Notes: a model not told the origin generated them from the sequence alone. Shown: positions 40,382 through 50,424, numbered from the stretch's first letter. The stretch: 64,000 bases of DNA from Oscillospiraceae bacterium (GCA_009781855.1 WQUY01000002.1:10017-74016), one strand, 5' to 3'. A program made the numbers and translations.

Positions 40382-41752
40382 TCAGCCTGTCATCGTCTTA
40401 AATTCTGCTTTGTCTCTTGCCAAACCATCTTGCTGCATCAGGCTTTCCAGCACGTTGATATCCGCTTCGATATCCATTGCGTCCGCTGTGAAGAGTTGGT
40501 CAAGTTGCTGCTCGTATCCGGTAGCAAGTGTATCCAGAATGCGGCCAATATTCTCTTTGGCAGTCATGATATTTTCACCTTTAACACCTTGCTTTTCAAG
40601 TATAGAATATGAGCGAATAAGTTTCATGGTAGTCGGCAGATAATAGCTTTCAAATCGCCGGATTTGCTTTTTTTTCTCGGGATGTTCTTCGACAATACGG
40701 AAAATTTTAGCCGTCAACTCTTCAATTTTATTTATTTTTCTAGAAATTGTGATATCGGCGACGGATAAGTTAAGTTCGTGCAGTTCTGATATTGTGGACA
40801 TATATTGATTTTCCGGGACTTCCTCTGTTTGAGATATATCATCAAAGGGCGAAACGGATTTTCTCATGTTGTTTGCGGTATCGTTGCACAAGACTAGGCT
40901 GTCGAGCTCATTGTCGATATATGCATCGGCATCAAAATATCCTTCATTGACCATGGTCTGTATATCACGCCTGACTTTCCTGATGGAAACACCACTTGTT
41001 TGTGCAATATCAGACATAGGAATTACATCGCGCCCATGGATGAATGCATAATAATTCTTGTAGCGCCCAAGTCTTTTTGTGACAATGTTTCTTGAGAAAA
41101 GAGATATGAAACCACCAGCAAAGTAAAACACACCTAGCCAGAACTCAGGCCAACGTGTCAAAATGCCACCGCCCCAAATATCTGTGGCGGCACTGACCAT
41201 TGTGTTGGCACCGATAATAAACAACGCAATTGCTATAAGCAGCAAAACAATGGAAATAACTTTGCCGGACTTATTACTCAGCTGATTGCTTTCTTTTGTT
41301 TTTTTCGGCTTCACGGTCTGCTTTGTGACATTTTTTGATTTTGCAGCTTGCTCTGTGGTCTTTTTTTCTGAATAAGTCTTGTATTCTGATTGATCCAGTG
41401 AACCGGCAACCTGGCTTAGAAGCTCCTGTGCAGCAACAGATGCCTGAGTAATGGCATTTTGCGCTGTGGTTGAGGCCTGATTTATTGCCTGGTGGGCAGT
41501 CTTTGAAGCTTGGGATACAACATGTTCGGTGGTGTCTTTAGCCTGCTTTGTTGTGCTGCGCGTTTGGCCTGCTGTCGTTGAATTTTTTTGCGATGAATTT
41601 GTTGAGGGCTTGGCGTAACTGCGCATTTTAAGTATAAGAAGAATCAAACCTATGGGTGGAAAAGCGAACATCAAAATAAAAATGATGACCCAAGACATGA
41701 CCTCTCCACTTTGATCGGTATTATTAGAATTGTTTTTGTTGTTTTTGTTCAT
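40382..41752 (-). CDS. XpaC-like (5-bromo-4-chloroindolyl phosphate hydrolysis family) membrane protein with central HTH-like segment
   Basis: 456 aa; N-terminal TM, Ser/Thr/Gln-rich linker, two more TM, ...MSDIAQTSGVSIRKVRRDIQTMVNEGYF..., C-terminal ...FESYYLPTTMKLIRSY... Confidence 0.6.
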   Translation of the reverse strand: MNKNNKNNSNNTDQSGEVMSWVIIFILMFAFPPIGLILLILKMRSYAKPSTNSSQKNSTTAGQTRSTTKQAKDTTEHVVSQASKTAHQAINQASTTAQNAITQASVAAQELLSQVAGSLDQSEYKTYSEKKTTEQAAKSKNVTKQTVKPKKTKESNQLSNKSGKVISIVLLLIAIALFIIGANTMVSAATDIWGGGILTRWPEFWLGVFYFAGGFISLFSRNIVTKRLGRYKNYYAFIHGRDVIPMSDIAQTSGVSIRKVRRDIQTMVNEGYFDADAYIDNELDSLVLCNDTANNMRKSVSPFDDISQTEEVPENQYMSTISELHELNLSVADITISRKINKIEELTAKIFRIVEEHPEKKKQIRRFESYYLPTTMKLIRSYSILEKQGVKGENIMTAKENIGRILDTLATGYEQQLDQLFTADAMDIEADINVLESLMQQDGLARDKAEFKTMTG

Positions 41753-42009
41753 TTCTGTTACCTTGTTGCGCTACCAAATATCATTCAAAACAGAGTATAT
41801 CAGAATAACGTCGAATTGTGAAGAGTCAAGTTATTAAAGGATTGTTTGTATGAGATTAAAATTTTTTAGGACAGGTGTGTGGAGTTGTTTTCGAAAAGTT
41901 TGCACTTGACACAAAAGTGTGTTGTCGTTCGCTGGAATGACCTTCTCTGCAAATACCGAGTCAATTTTTAGTTGCACATTTCGCATTTCTGTTACAGCCC
42001 ATTTTGGGG

Positions 42010-42067
42010 TTGACAAAGGCTTTTTGTTATGTTACCATATGACCATAATGAGCATTTGGTCATATGG
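42010..42067 (+). promoter_or_regulatory. Candidate tetR promoter (TTGACA-17-TACCAT) overlapped by a perfect 11-bp inverted repeat operator
   Basis: TTGACA at 42010..42015. CCATATGACCA (42035..42045) - 11 nt - TGGTCATATGG (42057..42067), immediately upstream of the TetR start. Confidence 0.6.
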
Positions 42068-42092
42068 ACAAGGTGGGGGGGGAGCGTGCGCG

Positions 42093-42680
42093 ATGCCAAA
42101 ATTTAATGACACGGAAAGAGCCATCATACAAGAAGCGTTGCTCACCAAAGGAGAACAACTCTTCATCCGGTACGGGCTTAAAAAAGTTACGGTCGATGAC
42201 TTAGTAAATGAAGCTGGAATTGCAAAAGGTTCTTTTTATGCTTTCTACAAAAGCAAAGAACATTTGTACACGGAGATTCTGTTTGACATACAAAATAGGG
42301 TGCTGGCAGACACCGCCGTATTTTTAGAAGAGCATAAATCCCTGCCACCAAAAGAGCTTGTGAAAAAGCTAACCGTTTGGTCGTTTGACGGAATAGAGAA
42401 GTACCCGATACTTTTGCAACAGGACTTGGAGTTGATGACGTATCTTGTGCGCAAGCTCCCTAAAGAAATTTTAGATACGTATCCCGATCTTGATGTGCAA
42501 ATGACAAAAATGCTGGCGGAGCAAGGTGTTAAGTTCAAATGTGGAGTAGAGGTCGCCGGGAGCGTTTCTCAAACGCTGTCGATTGTATTTGCGCATTTAA
42601 TGGGTAGTAAAGACAAAAACGCCAAGGCCGTTATGGAAATATATATAGACGGCATAGTCAATGAAATTGTGGAGGAATGA
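42093..42680 (+). CDS. TetR/AcrR family transcriptional regulator
   Basis: ORF 41919 trimmed to ATG 42093 (MPKFNDTERAIIQEALLTKGEQLFIRYGLKKVTVDDLVNEAGIAKGSFYAFYKSKEHLY). Confidence 0.88.
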   Translation: MPKFNDTERAIIQEALLTKGEQLFIRYGLKKVTVDDLVNEAGIAKGSFYAFYKSKEHLYTEILFDIQNRVLADTAVFLEEHKSLPPKELVKKLTVWSFDGIEKYPILLQQDLELMTYLVRKLPKEILDTYPDLDVQMTKMLAEQGVKFKCGVEVAGSVSQTLSIVFAHLMGSKDKNAKAVMEIYIDGIVNEIVEE

Positions 42681-42719
42681 GCACGTTGGTAAATTTGAAA
42701 AAGATAGAGGGGAAAAATA

Positions 42720-43460
42720 ATGAGTAATTTATTTTCAAACAAATTCATCTCTGATGAAAAGAATTTTGCACTATTGCAAGAGACGATGTGGGGGCCGAAT
42801 GCAACACGGCAATCCGAGGAATTGGCCTCGTATTTTACAATCACAAAGGATATGAAAATCCTTGATTTAGGTTCTGGAATGGGCTTGTCAGCGTTGTATT
42901 TGGTACAAGCATATGGAGCAGAAGTTTTTGCCACCGATTTATTTGCTGACCCGACCGAAAATTATGAGCGATTCAAATCGCTGGGCATTGCGGATAAAAT
43001 CATCCCGATGTTGCTAGATGCAACACAGCCGTTGCCGTTTGCAAAGCATTATTTCGATGTGATTTTTTCTGTGGGTGCGTACAATATGTTTGGCGATAAT
43101 GAGGAAATGCTGCCGAAGTTGATTCCGTATGTGAAAAAAGGCGGTTATATCGCAGTCTCATTTCCGGGATTAAAGTATGATTTTGGTCACAATGTTCCAT
43201 CTGAAATGCAACCGTTTTGGGATGTTCCAGAGGTTGCAAGATACGTCCGAGGTCTTCAGTGGTGGAAGGATTTGTTTTATAAGGCAGAGGGCATCGAGAT
43301 TATACATGTCGGCGAACAAGCTTGCCACGATATAGCTTGGCAAGAATACCTTGCAAGCCGCAACCCTGATGTTGAAGAAGAAAAATGGGATTTGGATATG
43401 ATGACGGCAGAAGATGGAAAGTATTTTAATACAATCCAATTGATTGCCAAAGTTATCTGA
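42720..43460 (+). CDS. Class I SAM-dependent methyltransferase
   Basis: 246 aa, motif I ILDLGSGMGLSALYL. Confidence 0.82.
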   Translation: MSNLFSNKFISDEKNFALLQETMWGPNATRQSEELASYFTITKDMKILDLGSGMGLSALYLVQAYGAEVFATDLFADPTENYERFKSLGIADKIIPMLLDATQPLPFAKHYFDVIFSVGAYNMFGDNEEMLPKLIPYVKKGGYIAVSFPGLKYDFGHNVPSEMQPFWDVPEVARYVRGLQWWKDLFYKAEGIEIIHVGEQACHDIAWQEYLASRNPDVEEEKWDLDMMTAEDGKYFNTIQLIAKVI

Positions 43461-43484
43461 GCATAGATAGTCTCTCAATACAGT

Positions 43485-43527
43485 GTCACGACTTTGCGAT
43501 ATCATACGCAATAGTCGTGACCTTTTA
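43485..43527 (+). terminator. Intrinsic terminator after the methyltransferase gene
   Basis: GTCACGACT-(19 nt)-AGTCGTGAC followed by CTTTTAT. Confidence 0.7.
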
Positions 43528-43529
43528 TA

Positions 43530-43558
43530 TGTACAAGTACATCAAAATGTAATATAAT
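43530..43558 (+). promoter_or_regulatory. Candidate promoter for the 43598 gene
   Basis: TGTACA-17 nt-TATAAT; the -35 region lies within the palindrome TGTACAAGTACA. Confidence 0.4.
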
Positions 43559-43597
43559 GATTCATTATATAGGATTTACCCGAAAAGGAGATATGCT

Positions 43598-45262
43598 ATG
43601 TCTAAAGGGATAGTAATAGGAGCATCAATAGGCAACTGTGTGCATGTTGCAGGCGCCGCACATTTTCTGAGCCTTGCTGAGGACGAAGGTTATCAGGCGA
43701 TATTTCTCGGGCCTGCGGTGTGTGTTGACATGGTGCTGGAAAGCATTGAAAAAAATAAACCAACGATGGTAACGCTTGGGTACAGGTTGACTCCGGAAAA
43801 CGGAGTGACAATTGTGCGCGAGCTCATTGAAAAGAGTTCGAAATTGACACATAAACCAATCTGGATATTTGGGGGCACGGCACCGGTTGCGGAAAAAGTC
43901 CGAGCACTCGGATTTTTTGATGTTATTTTTGACGGAACAGACGATATAGACGACAGTATTACATTTTTGCGCACAGGACAACTGCCTGACAAAAGCGGTG
44001 CAGAACTATTTGCCGCAGACCTGACCGGGCGGCTTGCGCAAAAACACCCATACCCACTACTGCGGCATCACTTCGGATTGCCGTCTTATGAGGAAACCTG
44101 CGAGGGCATTGCAGAAATTGCAGAATCCAGAGTGCTTGATGTAATCTCGCTTGGAATTGATCAAAATACCCAGCAGTTTTTCTTTCACCCTGAAAATCGA
44201 AAACCCGAAATGGATGGTGCAGGCGGTGTTCCTGTCTATGACGCGCAAGGTTTCTCACGCCTCAAAGAAGCATCTTTGCGCGGAAATTTTCCTTTAATGC
44301 GCTGCTATAGCGGAACTGCGGATGTTATCCCATTGGCTGAGGTATTAAATGAAACAATAGCTAATGCATGGTGTGCTGTGCCGCTTTGCTGGTACAACGA
44401 GCTTGATGGCAGGGGAGATCGTCCGCTCAGAACCTCCATGGAGGAAGCTCAGGAGCTTATCGCATTTCACGGTAAACGTGGGATTCCTGTCGAGCTTAAC
44501 GAGCCCCATCACTGGGGGCTGAGGGATGCGCACGACACGATTTCCGTTGCAGCCGCATACATCAGCGCATATAATGCAAAAAAATACGGCGTGAAGGACT
44601 ATATATCACAATATATGTTCAATATACCCAATGCCCTGAGCTTCTCAATGGATCTTGCCAAAGTGTTGGCTCAGATAGAACTCTCAGAATCCCTAGCCGA
44701 CAAAGATTTTAGGGTATACAGACAAACACGAGCTGGGCTGCCGTTTCTCAGTGGCGATGATGCGATTGCAAAAGGGCAATTAGCAGCATCGACAGCGCTT
44801 CAAATGAATGTCAGGCCTCATATAATACATGTTGTTGGTTATAGCGAGGCGCTTCATGCAGCGACACCTGAGGTCATAATAGAGAGCTGCAAAATAGTTC
44901 GCGGTGTTGTCCGTTCGACACTTTCGGGCAATGCAGAGTCGTTACACGAACCCAAAATAAGAGAGCGGCGTGAAGAGCTTTTGAGCGAAGCAAACTACTT
45001 GCTTGATTTTATACGAGACGAATATTCCTCCATCAGCGACGACCCGATAGGTGACGCTGCGGTTATTTCAGATTGCATTAAGCGTGGAATCCTTGATGCA
45101 CCGCATATAGTCAAAACAGGTGAATTTCGCGGAAATTTGCAAACACGCATCAAAGACGGAAAATGTCTTGCGTGGGATGGTAAAGCAGGCCGCACCATAG
45201 ATGAAAGAACGAGACTGGAGCAATTGACAGGAAAAGCCATGCGCTCGTCATTACGGGCTTGA
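43598..45262 (+). CDS. Uncharacterised 554-aa protein: N-terminal B12-binding-like Rossmann domain plus ~400-aa C-terminal domain
   Basis: N-terminus ...IVIGASIGNCVHVAGAAHFLSLAEDEGYQAIFLG...IWIFGGT... resembles cobalamin-binding domains, but the DxHxxG signature reads NCVHVAG. I do not recognise the C-terminal part. Confidence 0.45.
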   Translation: MSKGIVIGASIGNCVHVAGAAHFLSLAEDEGYQAIFLGPAVCVDMVLESIEKNKPTMVTLGYRLTPENGVTIVRELIEKSSKLTHKPIWIFGGTAPVAEKVRALGFFDVIFDGTDDIDDSITFLRTGQLPDKSGAELFAADLTGRLAQKHPYPLLRHHFGLPSYEETCEGIAEIAESRVLDVISLGIDQNTQQFFFHPENRKPEMDGAGGVPVYDAQGFSRLKEASLRGNFPLMRCYSGTADVIPLAEVLNETIANAWCAVPLCWYNELDGRGDRPLRTSMEEAQELIAFHGKRGIPVELNEPHHWGLRDAHDTISVAAAYISAYNAKKYGVKDYISQYMFNIPNALSFSMDLAKVLAQIELSESLADKDFRVYRQTRAGLPFLSGDDAIAKGQLAASTALQMNVRPHIIHVVGYSEALHAATPEVIIESCKIVRGVVRSTLSGNAESLHEPKIRERREELLSEANYLLDFIRDEYSSISDDPIGDAAVISDCIKRGILDAPHIVKTGEFRGNLQTRIKDGKCLAWDGKAGRTIDERTRLEQLTGKAMRSSLRA

Positions 45263-45284
45263 GTATTAAATAGGGGGAAATGAA

Positions 45285-46346
45285 ATGGGCAAGAACAACA
45301 AAAAAATTGCAGTAATCAGCTCAGGCAACGGCGGGCAATCAATGGTTGCGTATTTTAAATATCTGGGATACGAAACGGCGCTTTATGCCAGAGAAGCCGA
45401 ACGCGTTGACATGTTTCCGGATAATCGCTTTGTAATCAGCGGAGAAGTTGAGGCCGAAGTTGATATAGACCTTATAAGCGCGGACATGGGCGAAGTCGTG
45501 AAAGACGCATATCTGATTATGGTGACAACCCCGGCACAATATCACCCAATCGTAGCCAGAGCGATGGCACCGCACCTAGTCAGTGGGCAGGCAGTAGTAC
45601 TCAACCCCGGACGCACATTCGGAACCCTTGCGTTTTCAAAAGTTTTGTCGGAATGTGGCAATAAAGCGGAGATAATGCTCGGCGAGACGGACACTTTTGC
45701 ATTCACTTGCCGTTGTCCGGAGCTGCGCAAACCGGAGATTTATAAAATAAAAGACAGTGTACGCCTTGCCGCTCACGATAATGCTTATGCTGACCGTCTG
45801 CTGGACATCCTCAGGGAGATATTCCCGATGTTTAGTCTTGCTGAAAGCATTCTTTACACAGGCTTTTCGAACATTGGCATGATATTTCACCCAATGCCGA
45901 TACTTATGAATATTACACGCGTCGAAGCAAAAGAAGACTTCAAATTCTACATGCAAGGAATCTCTCAACTTGTGGCCGGGCTACTTGAAAAAATGGACGT
46001 AGAACGCGTGTCGGTTGCCAAAGCGTATGGGGTGTCCGTTCCGACAGCACGGCAATGGTTGGCAGAAGCCTATGGCTCACGAGGCAATTCATTGTTTGAG
46101 CAGATACAAAATACCGATGCATATAAAACAGTCCTCGCACCGACAGATATCGACACGAGGTATATTTTTGAGGACATTATAACAGGCTGTGTTCCGACCA
46201 GTTGCGCTGGTAAAGCCGCAGGTGTAGAAACCGAGGTTCTGGATACACTCATTAAGTGGGCGTCGATTCTTTATGGCAGAGATTTCCGTGCCGAAGGCCG
46301 AAACGAAACATTAATCGACTTCAAGCAGTTTTTGAGTAAAAACTAA
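45285..46346 (+). CDS. NAD(P)-dependent octopine/nopaline (opine) dehydrogenase family protein
   Basis: 353 aa, N-terminal dinucleotide fold KIAVISSGNGGQSMVAYF; 22 nt downstream of the previous gene. Confidence 0.7.
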   Translation: MGKNNKKIAVISSGNGGQSMVAYFKYLGYETALYAREAERVDMFPDNRFVISGEVEAEVDIDLISADMGEVVKDAYLIMVTTPAQYHPIVARAMAPHLVSGQAVVLNPGRTFGTLAFSKVLSECGNKAEIMLGETDTFAFTCRCPELRKPEIYKIKDSVRLAAHDNAYADRLLDILREIFPMFSLAESILYTGFSNIGMIFHPMPILMNITRVEAKEDFKFYMQGISQLVAGLLEKMDVERVSVAKAYGVSVPTARQWLAEAYGSRGNSLFEQIQNTDAYKTVLAPTDIDTRYIFEDIITGCVPTSCAGKAAGVETEVLDTLIKWASILYGRDFRAEGRNETLIDFKQFLSKN

Positions 46347-46385
46347 ATAAACCTTTTGGTTGGATTTAATCAGTGTCTGCACGAG

Positions 46386-46562
46386 CTACTCTAATCTCAA
46401 CCAAGGGATGTCCAGTTGACCGTCCACATAATAGCCTTCCAATAAAAAAAACAGCAACAGAAACAAAACCACAACTGCGACCACCACAGAAACTATGGTT
46501 CCCAGGATGATTCTGAGTAATCTTCGATTACTGTATGTTTTTGGTACATACCGTTTGCCCAC
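46386..46562 (-). CDS. Candidate 58-aa single-pass membrane protein (below ORF-track cutoff)
   Basis: GTG start, GGAG 10 nt upstream: MGKRYVPKTYSNRRLLRIILGTIVSVVVAVVVLFLLLFFLLEGYYVDGQLDIPWLRLE*; directly downstream of rpiB. Confidence 0.35.
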   Translation of the reverse strand: MGKRYVPKTYSNRRLLRIILGTIVSVVVAVVVLFLLLFFLLEGYYVDGQLDIPWLRLE

Positions 46563-46610
46563 GTTTCAAAAGCTCCATTTCATTATAAACCGCATCAATG
46601 TTTCGTTGCA

Positions 46611-47060
46611 TCAACACCTCGCTGCATCAAGTTCGGTCAACATACCGACTCTGCGGGCATGTCTGTCTCCATCGAAGCCTGAGTTTAGGAACACTTCGAT
46701 TATTCCCAGCGCTGTGTTTGCACTGAGTACGCGAGCGCCAAGGCAGAGCACGTTTGCGTCATTGTGATTGCGTGCCATCTGAGCCATAAAGTTATCGAAG
46801 CATAACGCGGCTCTGATGCCCGGTATCTTATTTGCCGCGACGGACATGCCTATGCCGGTACCGCATATGAAAATCCCGCGTGCACAGTCACCGAGTACGA
46901 TTGATTGCCCAGCAAGGACTGCATACTCGGGATAATCGACGCTTTCAGACGAGAAAGTTCCAAAATCCTTGTATTTGAAACCGGCATTGTCAAGATATGC
47001 CTTGACTTTGCCCATAAGTTCAAACCCACCGTGGTCACAAGCTAAAGCAATCATTTTCAT
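46611..47060 (-). CDS. rpiB: Ribose-5-phosphate isomerase B
   Basis: ORF trimmed to ATG 47060 (MKMIALACDHGGFEL...) or ATG 47054; AAGGAG immediately upstream; ...GICGTGIGMSVAANK... Confidence 0.9.
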   Translation of the reverse strand: MKMIALACDHGGFELMGKVKAYLDNAGFKYKDFGTFSSESVDYPEYAVLAGQSIVLGDCARGIFICGTGIGMSVAANKIPGIRAALCFDNFMAQMARNHNDANVLCLGARVLSANTALGIIEVFLNSGFDGDRHARRVGMLTELDAARC

Positions 47061-47241
47061 TCGCTCCTTAAAAATAGCAATCAAACAAAACACCCACTGA
47101 GGGCGTGTGTCAGTTTCGTTTGTTATGATAACAGCTTATGTTTGAAAAGTCCACATGATTTTTGCCCCCCACACATCCCACTTGACAAATACACTATAAT
47201 AAATAATGAGTAAAATGAAACGAAATTGAGGGGAAGCAGAC

Positions 47242-48678
47242 ATGGCAAAAGGTAAAAATGTAGAACAGATAACAGATATGGATGTAGACTTCGCACAATG
47301 GTTTACGGATATCGTCACTAAGGCGGGTCTTATCGACTATTCCGGTGTTAAGGGGTTCTTTATATTGCGGCCATATGCATATGCATTATGGGAAAATATA
47401 CAAACGGTGCTTGATGCAAGATTCAAGGAATTGGGGCATGAAAACGTATCCATGCCGTTGCTTATCCCGGAAAGCCTGCTCCAAAAAGAAAAGGATCATG
47501 TTGAAGGGTTTGCGCCCGAAGTTGGTTGGGTGACACATGGTGGCTCGGAGGAGCTTGCGGAAAGACTTTGCATCCGGCCGACATCCGAAACACTGTTTTG
47601 CGACCACTGGAGCAATGTCGTAAGCTCATGGCGCGATTTGCCGATGTTGTACAACCAGTGGTGCAGTGTGCTGCGGTGGGAAAAAACAACAAGACCATTC
47701 TTGCGCCACAGGGAGTTTTTGTGGCAGGAAGGCCATACCTTGCACGAGACGGCGGAAGAAGCGGAGCTTGAAACTCAGCAAATGCTTAACGTATATGCAG
47801 AACTTTGCGAAGAATACCTTGCCATGCCAGTTGTTAAAGGCAGGAAAACGGATAAAGAAAAATTTGCGGGTGCAGAAGCAACTTATACAGTTGAGTGCAT
47901 GATGCATGACAAAAAAGCATTGCAAAGCGGAACTTCACATTATTTTGGTGACGGCTTTGCCAGAGCGTTTGATATACAATTTTCCGATAGAGAAAACAAA
48001 CTCAGCTATCCGCACCAAACATCATGGGGCTTGTCTACGCGCATGATAGGCGGTATAATTATGACACATGGAGACAACAATGGCTTGAATCTGCCGCCGC
48101 GCATTGCGCCGGTGCAGGTTATCGTGATACCGATTGCTGCACATAAACCGGGTGTGCTGGATAAAGCTTCTGAACTGGTTTCGCGTCTGAAACAGGCAGG
48201 TGTGCGTGTTAAGAGCGATACTTCTGACCAAAGCCCGGGCTGGAAATTTGCTGAACATGAAATGAAAGGTGTTCCACTGCGCATAGAGATAGGGCCTAAG
48301 GATATTGAAAATGACCAGTGCATGGCTGTGTTGCGTTATTCCGGCGAAAAGATTTCAGTTCCGCTGTCCGCACTCGAAGAGCAAACAAAGCAACTGCTTG
48401 AACAAATACAAAAAAGCCTGTTTGAACGTGCGAAAGAATATCTGACAAGCAACACACACAGCGCAGAAACTTTGGATGATGTAAAGACAATCTTGAATGA
48501 GCGCGGTGGATTTGTCAAAACAATGTGGTGCGGTAATCTGGAATGTGAAATGAAGATGAAAGATGAAGCAGGAGTTACCTCACGCTGCATACCATTTGAA
48601 CAGGAACGTGTCGGTGCGGTTTGCCCGATTTGTAAAGAGCCATCCGATACGATGGTAGTCTGGGGTGTTGCATATTAA
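47242..48678 (+). CDS. proS: Proline--tRNA ligase (archaeal/eukaryote-like type)
   Basis: 478 aa, ...[38 protein letters not shown]...; C-terminal Cys cluster. Confidence 0.93.
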   Translation: MAKGKNVEQITDMDVDFAQWFTDIVTKAGLIDYSGVKGFFILRPYAYALWENIQTVLDARFKELGHENVSMPLLIPESLLQKEKDHVEGFAPEVGWVTHGGSEELAERLCIRPTSETLFCDHWSNVVSSWRDLPMLYNQWCSVLRWEKTTRPFLRHREFLWQEGHTLHETAEEAELETQQMLNVYAELCEEYLAMPVVKGRKTDKEKFAGAEATYTVECMMHDKKALQSGTSHYFGDGFARAFDIQFSDRENKLSYPHQTSWGLSTRMIGGIIMTHGDNNGLNLPPRIAPVQVIVIPIAAHKPGVLDKASELVSRLKQAGVRVKSDTSDQSPGWKFAEHEMKGVPLRIEIGPKDIENDQCMAVLRYSGEKISVPLSALEEQTKQLLEQIQKSLFERAKEYLTSNTHSAETLDDVKTILNERGGFVKTMWCGNLECEMKMKDEAGVTSRCIPFEQERVGAVCPICKEPSDTMVVWGVAY

Positions 48679-48722
48679 ATGCATCGTGCGTTGCATGTGT
48701 ATCCTTGTGAGGGGGTTGGATT

Positions 48723-49328
48723 ATGAACATTGGAATTGATGTTGACGGTGTGCTGACTGACATTCACGAATTCAATATCAGACATGCTCCCCCTTTTTTC
48801 AAAAGGAAATATGATAGGGAAGTCGTTGATGAAGCGCCGTATGATATACGGGATATTTTCGGATGCCCTGACAAAGAGTGGATTGCTTATTGGAAGAGAT
48901 ATTTGCTCAAATATGCAACGGTTGAGCCTGCACGCAAAGGTGCAAAGGAATTCACAGAAAAACTGTATGCTGACGGGCATGAAGCAATCATAATTACAAA
49001 GCGTGTGTTTACTGCAAAAAAAGGCGTTATGGGGCGGCTTATGCGTACGCTTGTGCGTAGTTGGCTTAAGCGCAATGGCATTTTGCACCGTGAAGCAGTT
49101 TTTTGTGTTCATGATGATCCGGATATTAAAAAAGCTATTTGCCTTGATAAAGACGTAAAAATCATGATAGATGATGAACCTGAGAATATTTATGCGGTTG
49201 CAGATGTTGCAAAAGCCATCTGCTTTGACACAAGTTATAATCGGGATTGTAAGGGAGAAAATATTTACCGTGCAAAGGATTTCGATGAGGCTTATGCTAT
49301 AATAGAAAGGTTGGGGGAAATAAAATGA
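48723..49328 (+). CDS. HAD-superfamily 5'(3')-deoxyribonucleotidase-like hydrolase
   Basis: 201 aa, motif I MNIGIDVDGVLTD. Confidence 0.65.
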   Translation: MNIGIDVDGVLTDIHEFNIRHAPPFFKRKYDREVVDEAPYDIRDIFGCPDKEWIAYWKRYLLKYATVEPARKGAKEFTEKLYADGHEAIIITKRVFTAKKGVMGRLMRTLVRSWLKRNGILHREAVFCVHDDPDIKKAICLDKDVKIMIDDEPENIYAVADVAKAICFDTSYNRDCKGENIYRAKDFDEAYAIIERLGEIK

Positions 49329-50398
49329 AAAACGCAGGCAGATGGAGAAAGATTATAGGGACAGTTTTGGCGATGCTGTTATGTTTGGGTCTGGTTGCTC
49401 CGGCCATAGCGGCAAATCCTCCGACATTTAGCGTGGTCTCAAATAATCCGCAGTGGGGAACTGTTGAGTATGACTCATTTTTAGATAGTGAGGGCAGACT
49501 TACAAAAACGGCCTTTGCAGCGGTATACGATCCGAGCGACAGATACGTTTTTGATCGCTGGGAAGTGAGCGGAGATGCACGGATAGTCAGCCAAAATGCG
49601 ATAAGGCTTGATGGCGAAATCAGGCTCACCATGCCAGAAACAGGGCATGTGGAAGTGAGGGCAATATTTCGTGAGATGGTAAACCCAGGGCGTATAACGA
49701 TTGGCCCAAGCAATCCCGATTGGGCGGTTGCGGTAGCGTTGGATATAGCGTGGGCAAGCGGTCCTATTTCCGGTTGGGCGGAAGCAGGGGAGCGGATAGA
49801 CCTTTATGCCTTTACCATGAACAGTTATGAACTCAGAGAATGGTCAGTCCGTGCAGGTGGAGTAACAATAAATGACCCGATTTGGGAGCATTTCGACATA
49901 CCATATGATACGCTATGGGAATACAGGGCATGGTTTACCATGCCATCGCCGGCAGTTGATGTGGATATTGTTGCAGTTTTAGCCGAGCGGGCAGCACAAG
50001 TAACGCCGGAGCCTCCACCGCGTAATGAAGAATCGACGCAGCCTGATCAAGCGCTGTTTGTCACCATAAACGGTAGACAAATGGAATTTGAAGTGCCGCC
50101 TTATTTGATCGAGAACAGAGTGTTTGTTCCATTTCGGGCTATTTTTCAGGAGCTCGGTGCCACGGTCAACTGGAATCCATACATGCAAACAGCAACCGGG
50201 GAGCGGGATGAGATAACGGTTACGCTGATGATTGGCAGCAATATCGTGTTTATAAACGGAGTGAGCGAAGAGATTGACGTTCCGGCGCGGATTATAAACG
50301 GCAGGATACTTGTTCCTACAAGGGTCGTCGCAGAGAGTTTTGGAGCTGAGGTTACATGGGATGCGGCGAGCAGAACCGTTAATATCACAGCTGGATAA
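49325..50398 (+). CDS. Secreted protein: two InlB-B-repeat-like modules plus C-terminal copper-amine-oxidase-N-terminal (stalk) domain
   Basis: 357 aa, signal peptide ...LGLVAPAIAANPP; C-terminal ...NRVFVPFRAIFQELGATVNWN...GRILVPTRVVAESFGAEVTWD... Confidence 0.7.
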   Translation: MKNAGRWRKIIGTVLAMLLCLGLVAPAIAANPPTFSVVSNNPQWGTVEYDSFLDSEGRLTKTAFAAVYDPSDRYVFDRWEVSGDARIVSQNAIRLDGEIRLTMPETGHVEVRAIFREMVNPGRITIGPSNPDWAVAVALDIAWASGPISGWAEAGERIDLYAFTMNSYELREWSVRAGGVTINDPIWEHFDIPYDTLWEYRAWFTMPSPAVDVDIVAVLAERAAQVTPEPPPRNEESTQPDQALFVTINGRQMEFEVPPYLIENRVFVPFRAIFQELGATVNWNPYMQTATGERDEITVTLMIGSNIVFINGVSEEIDVPARIINGRILVPTRVVAESFGAEVTWDAASRTVNITAG

Positions 50399-50424
50399 AC
50401 GCTTCTGAGCAAAAATCATGATTC

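Noticed and set aside
47094-47241. T-box leader upstream of proS
   Set aside because: The spacer is only ~148 nt. No specifier-loop or T-box (AGGGTGGNACCGCG-like) sequence or terminator/antiterminator pair is visible.
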